Source of the DNA: Candidatus Micrarchaeota archaeon | GTDB lineage: Archaea > B1Sed10-29 > JAJRYS01 | Direction: 5' to 3' | NCBI GenBank assembly: GCA_964643685.1 | Contig: CAZXTN010000005.1 | Coordinates: 1-27,159, forward strand | Length of the DNA stretch: 27,159 bases | Shown: positions 24,032 to 27,159 of the stretch, one piece after another | Numbering within the stretch: the first letter of the stretch is position 1 | Layout: each line of letters starts with the position of its first letter | Made by a program: the position numbers and the translations under genes | The notes under the pieces: generated by a model | What the model was told of the DNA's origin: nothing | The model's input: only the letters and a program-made list of their open reading frames with translations | Databases searched by the model: none

Positions 24032-24730
24032 TCATACTTTATCATACTCCTTACTAGCTTTTTTAAAAAAATGAGTAAGTAGAGTATTTTTTGCATAATA
24101 GGAGATATACTTCTTATAACCCCAAGCCCTCAGCCTTCTTGCAGAAACGTAATTGATCGCATTCTTATCAAACACGAATTTTCCTTCTTTTTCAACCTCA
24201 TAAGCAAGAAAAACATCTTCACTTGTCACAGTGTTCACATCAAAACCCCTGATTTTCTTAAACACATTCTTTCGCACGGCCATATTAGAACCAGGAGGAG
24301 AAGGATGCTTCAGCTTAACCATCAACTCAGAATAGACAGGAAAAAATTTTTCACAGAAGACTTTTTCAAATTTTTTCCCATCATAAGGCACAATCAAACC
24401 ATGTGCACCGGCAACTTCAGAATCATCAAAATTCGAAACAAGCTGAGACAGCCAGTTGCGAGGGGCAATTACATCAGCATCAGTGAAAACAAGAATACCC
24501 CCCTCCGCAACCTCTGCTCCAACCTGCCTACCAAAAGCAATAGTATACCTCTTGCTTAAAACAACCTTGTCAGCATACTTCTCAGCAATCTCCAAAGTTC
24601 CATCTTCACTGTAACTGTCAGAAACAATAATTTCATAAGTGCCTTTAAAATCCTGATTCCTTAAAGACTTCAAACAATTTTCAATATACTCAGCTTCATT
24701 AAAAGTAGGGACAATTATACTTACATCCAA
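24032..24730 (-). CDS. Family 2 glycosyltransferase (dolichyl-phosphate sugar transferase-like)
   Basis: VSIIVPTFNEAEYIENCLKSLRNQ (GT-A N-terminus), DSYSEDGT, and a TDADV D-x-D motif. 232 aa. Confidence 0.8.
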   Translation of the reverse strand: MDVSIIVPTFNEAEYIENCLKSLRNQDFKGTYEIIVSDSYSEDGTLEIAEKYADKVVLSKRYTIAFGRQVGAEVAEGGILVFTDADVIAPRNWLSQLVSNFDDSEVAGAHGLIVPYDGKKFEKVFCEKFFPVYSELMVKLKHPSPPGSNMAVRKNVFKKIRGFDVNTVTSEDVFLAYEVEKEGKFVFDKNAINYVSARRLRAWGYKKYISYYAKNTLLTHFFKKASKEYDKV

Positions 24731-24748
24731 AAAAATAACCCCCTTTCT

Positions 24749-26653
24749 TTAATTAATTACATTTTTGATATTATCAATTAACTTCTTTTTCTTAGCTCCT
24801 TCTTTCAAAGCAACTTTCAAAACATCAACTAAATCCCTAGCAGTTACAATCTTAATTTTAGAAGATTTCTTCTTATCCAAAACAACATCGCCTTTGTTAG
24901 CCTCAGGAATAACCACAACCTTAGCACCTGACTCAATAGCAGCTTCAATCTTAGCTGACACTCCCCCAACAGGAAGCACCTCCCCCTTAACACTCAAACT
25001 GCCTGTCATAGCAACCTCCTGCTTCACAGGAACTTTCTCCAAAGCACTTATAACAGCAGTTGCAATACTCACGCTTGCAGAATCACCCTCCACTCCTTCA
25101 TAAGTCTGCAGAAACTGCACATGCACATCATAACTAGAAATCCCCCTGCCCTTATACTTCTTAATAATAGCAAACACGTTCTGCACAGCTTCCCTTGCAA
25201 TCTCACCAAGCTTACCAGTAGCAATAGTCTTACCTGCTTTCAAACTCTGAGCAGGGGCAGTGACAGCCTCAATAGGCAACAGCAATCCACCATAACCTTC
25301 CCTGCCACCCATAACAGCCAAGCCATTTACTCTTCCAACAGCAAAACCTGTTGTCTTAATCACTTCATATTCCTTTTTCACATCAATAACCTTGTCAGCC
25401 ATCTGCTGCTCCAAAGTTCTAGCCAGCTTCTTAGCTTCAACAACATCAGCACGAGTAACCAATTTATGCCCCTTGGTTTTAGCAATGTCACCAGCAGCCC
25501 TAATCAAACCACCCAAGTCACGGAAATGCAAAGTCAACTTGTTCTTACTGCTTGCCCTTCTCCTTGCTTCAAAAATAATTTCCTCAACAGCCTCCATTTT
25601 AAAATGAGGAATCTTACCATCCTTCCTAACCTCCTGCGCGACAAACTGCACAATCTTCTCACGGTTTTCAGGAGTGTCCTCAATCTTGTCATTCAAGTAG
25701 ACTTCATAGCCATAACCACGAATCCTTGAACGCAAAGCAGGATGCATCTTCTGCAAATCCATCAAGTTTCCAGAAGCAATCAATAAAAAATCACATGGCA
25801 CTGGCTGGGTATGAACCATTGCACCTGAAGACATTTCACTCTGTCCAGTAATAGAATACTTCCTATCCTGCATAGCAGTCAATAATTCCTGCTGAGATTT
25901 AGGAGACAAAGTAGCAACTTCATCAATGTACAATACCCCTTTGTTTGCCTTATGAATCATTCCAGCTTCAACCCTCAAATGAGGAGGAGTGCCTAAACCA
26001 CCTGATTGATACGGGTCATGCTTAACATCACCAAGCAAAGCGCCAGCCCTAGCTCCAGTCGCGTCAACAAAAGGAGCATGCTTTTTTCCAAAATTATTAA
26101 CCAATAACTTAGGCACGACAATCTTAGGCTTCATGCCAGGCAATTTCATACCCTTAAAACTCGCAGCAAGCACGACGCCCATTACAAGAAAACCTAAAAA
26201 CAACCCACCTACTATAATAAAAGAAGCAAGTAGAATATCACTGAACAACTTAAAGTAAACAGCAGCTCCTATTCCAAGAGCATAAAGCAAAGAAGCAATA
26301 AGCATTGGGGACATTGAAACATTCAAGTCACTGCCCTGTTCCATAAACTGCTTCTTCTTAGCTTCCTCTACAATTTTCTTGCCTTGACCAGCTAAAGTAA
26401 CAACTACTTTCGGATTGTTCTCATCATCCTCATTAGGGTAAACAAGAACATCCTGCAGCATTTCAACAGGAAGCAATTCAGCCATTGCCTGAGCAAGCAT
26501 CGACTTACCAGTGCCAGGGTCCCCTATAAGCAAGACATTCCTCCTCTGCGCAGCTGCCTTCTTAATCAATTCAACAGCCTTATCCTGCCCAATAACCTGG
26601 TCAATCAATTTCTTAGGCACAGGCACTTCAGAAGTATCCTTAATCTTTTTCAT
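24749..26653 (-). CDS. lonB: Archaeal membrane-bound ATP-dependent Lon protease (LonB)
   Basis: Walker [24 protein letters not shown] two-helix membrane insertion ([13 protein letters not shown]...[10 protein letters not shown]) lies between Walker A and Walker B (VLYIDEV). The C-terminal protease domain carries Ser in [16 protein letters not shown] and a downstream Lys in VSAKIEAA. The start is the ATG at 26653. Confidence 0.9.
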   Translation of the reverse strand: MKKIKDTSEVPVPKKLIDQVIGQDKAVELIKKAAAQRRNVLLIGDPGTGKSMLAQAMAELLPVEMLQDVLVYPNEDDENNPKVVVTLAGQGKKIVEEAKKKQFMEQGSDLNVSMSPMLIASLLYALGIGAAVYFKLFSDILLASFIIVGGLFLGFLVMGVVLAASFKGMKLPGMKPKIVVPKLLVNNFGKKHAPFVDATGARAGALLGDVKHDPYQSGGLGTPPHLRVEAGMIHKANKGVLYIDEVATLSPKSQQELLTAMQDRKYSITGQSEMSSGAMVHTQPVPCDFLLIASGNLMDLQKMHPALRSRIRGYGYEVYLNDKIEDTPENREKIVQFVAQEVRKDGKIPHFKMEAVEEIIFEARRRASSKNKLTLHFRDLGGLIRAAGDIAKTKGHKLVTRADVVEAKKLARTLEQQMADKVIDVKKEYEVIKTTGFAVGRVNGLAVMGGREGYGGLLLPIEAVTAPAQSLKAGKTIATGKLGEIAREAVQNVFAIIKKYKGRGISSYDVHVQFLQTYEGVEGDSASVSIATAVISALEKVPVKQEVAMTGSLSVKGEVLPVGGVSAKIEAAIESGAKVVVIPEANKGDVVLDKKKSSKIKIVTARDLVDVLKVALKEGAKKKKLIDNIKNVIN

Positions 26654-26909
26654 AAAAACAATCACCAAATTAAAACAAAAACAATAAGCAAGTAAAAATT
26701 ACTACAAACAAGTATATTAAACATTTGCTTCAAACATAAACAAAAAAGTAATTCAAAAAAAGAAGAGATAAAGAAGAAGAGCAAACAAGATTTTGAAAAC
26801 GATTTTTCAACAACAGTAAAGAAATTTTGAAAAAACAAAAAGCAATTCAAAACAAGAAAGTTATAGAAACGTTTTTAAACAAAACATGATTATTTTTTAA
26901 TTGATTATT

Positions 26910-27159
26910 ATGGTTTTGAAAAAAATTAAAAAAGCTTTGAAAAAAAAGACAACAAAAAAGAAAACAACAAAGAAAAAAACAACTGCAAAGAAAAAAACAG
27001 TCAAAAAAGTTGTAAAAAAGAAAACAGCAGTTAAGAAAAAAACAACCGCTAAAAAGAAAACAGCAAAAAAAACAACTAAAAAGAAAGCAGTTAAAAAAGT
27101 TGTGAAGAAAAAAACAACTGCAAAGAAAAAAACAGTCAAAAAAGTTGTAAAAAAGAAAA
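26910..27159 (+). CDS. Partial (N-terminal 83 aa, runs off the window) lysine-rich protein with 42-aa tandem repeats (KKKTTAKKKTVKKVV...)
   Basis: The ATG at 26910 opens a frame with no stop before the window end. A 126-nt unit is repeated nearly exactly (26981-27030 versus 27107-27156). Roughly 55 percent Lys, resembling histone H1 or HC1-like tails. The minus-strand 80-aa Phe-rich track ORF 26897-27139 is its antisense artefact. Confidence 0.45.
   Translation, partial: MVLKKIKKALKKKTTKKKTTKKKTTAKKKTVKKVVKKKTAVKKKTTAKKKTAKKTTKKKAVKKVVKKKTTAKKKTVKKVVKKK

Noticed and set aside
10659-25729. Further nested or antisense track ORFs (9673-9918, 10659-10886, 11742-11960, 12120-12554, 12310-12534, 13106-13390, 14037-14270, 17104-17352, 18091-18282, 18147-18848, 18933-19166, 19784-20005, 21225-21410, 21974-22261, 22553-22744, 22715-23077, 24305-24559, 24765-25103, 25121-25729, 25392-25607, 26662-26850)
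   Set aside because: Same reasoning. They overlap strongly supported genes on the opposite strand or in another frame, and have no conserved motifs.
26897-27139. 80-aa minus-strand ORF made almost entirely of Phe, Val and Thr
   Set aside because: This is the antisense of the lysine-rich AAA/AAG repeat gene on the plus strand, which starts at an ATG at 26910.
1-27159. Search for CRISPR arrays, rRNA, tRNA, transposases or integrases
   Set aside because: No regularly spaced direct repeats of 25-40 nt with unique spacers. No GC-rich RNA-gene-like islands with tRNA or rRNA signatures. No DDE or tyrosine-recombinase-like ORFs. The only tandem repeats are the coding 126-nt repeat at the right edge and the regulatory repeats at 15981-16155.

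Overview
The window is a densely coded, AT-rich archaeal chromosome segment of about 27 kb, roughly one third GC. Many genes have GGAGG-type ribosome-binding sites, ATGA start/stop overlaps, and TATA-like boxes about 25-55 nt upstream of start codons. A likely source is a DPANN-type archaeon (for example Woese- or Pacearchaeota), although an AT-rich methanogen cannot be excluded from sequence alone. Lineage clues are class-III pilin-type signal peptides, cysteine-rich Myxococcus/MopE-like repeat surface proteins, and several lysine-rich proteins.

The backbone is a classic archaeal information-processing cluster, all on the minus strand: PriL, PriS, GINS51, ribosomal proteins L44e and S27e, aIF2-alpha, Nop10 and a PAC2-family protein. 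Nop10 and S27e are absent from the supplied ORF track and were found by hand translation. Other housekeeping genes are PCNA, membrane LonB protease, Csl4, RpoL, signal peptidase I, LemA plus HtpX, an SPFH/band-7 protein, a GT2 glycosyltransferase, thioredoxin reductase with a glutaredoxin-like partner, and a ZIP metal transporter.

Accessory or unusual content:
1. An AbiEi/AbiEii-like type IV toxin-antitoxin or abortive-infection pair at 555-2176, beside the conserved cluster.
2. A co-directional module of unknown function: DUF5320, an untracked 54-aa zinc-ribbon protein, a split permease, a NifX/Nitro_FeMo-Co-like protein, the ZIP transporter and a DUF134 regulator. It sits upstream of the thioredoxin system and a 677-aa cysteine-rich surface glycoprotein.
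3. A 304-nt divergent intergenic region at 15952-16255 carrying two near-identical 25-nt repeats that each form a GNRA-tetraloop hairpin, a central GC hairpin, and paired TTGAA-N6-TTCAA-type inverted repeats. It is a candidate operator or small structured RNA.
4. A duplicated ribosome-binding-site block with a GC hairpin between the permease and NifX-like genes.
5. A partial pilin-like protein with cysteine-rich repeats at the left edge, and a partial lysine-rich protein with 42-aa tandem repeats at the right edge.

No rRNA, tRNA, CRISPR array or obvious transposase was found. Many track ORFs begin at upstream GTG/TTG codons; the likely true ATG starts are given in the features.
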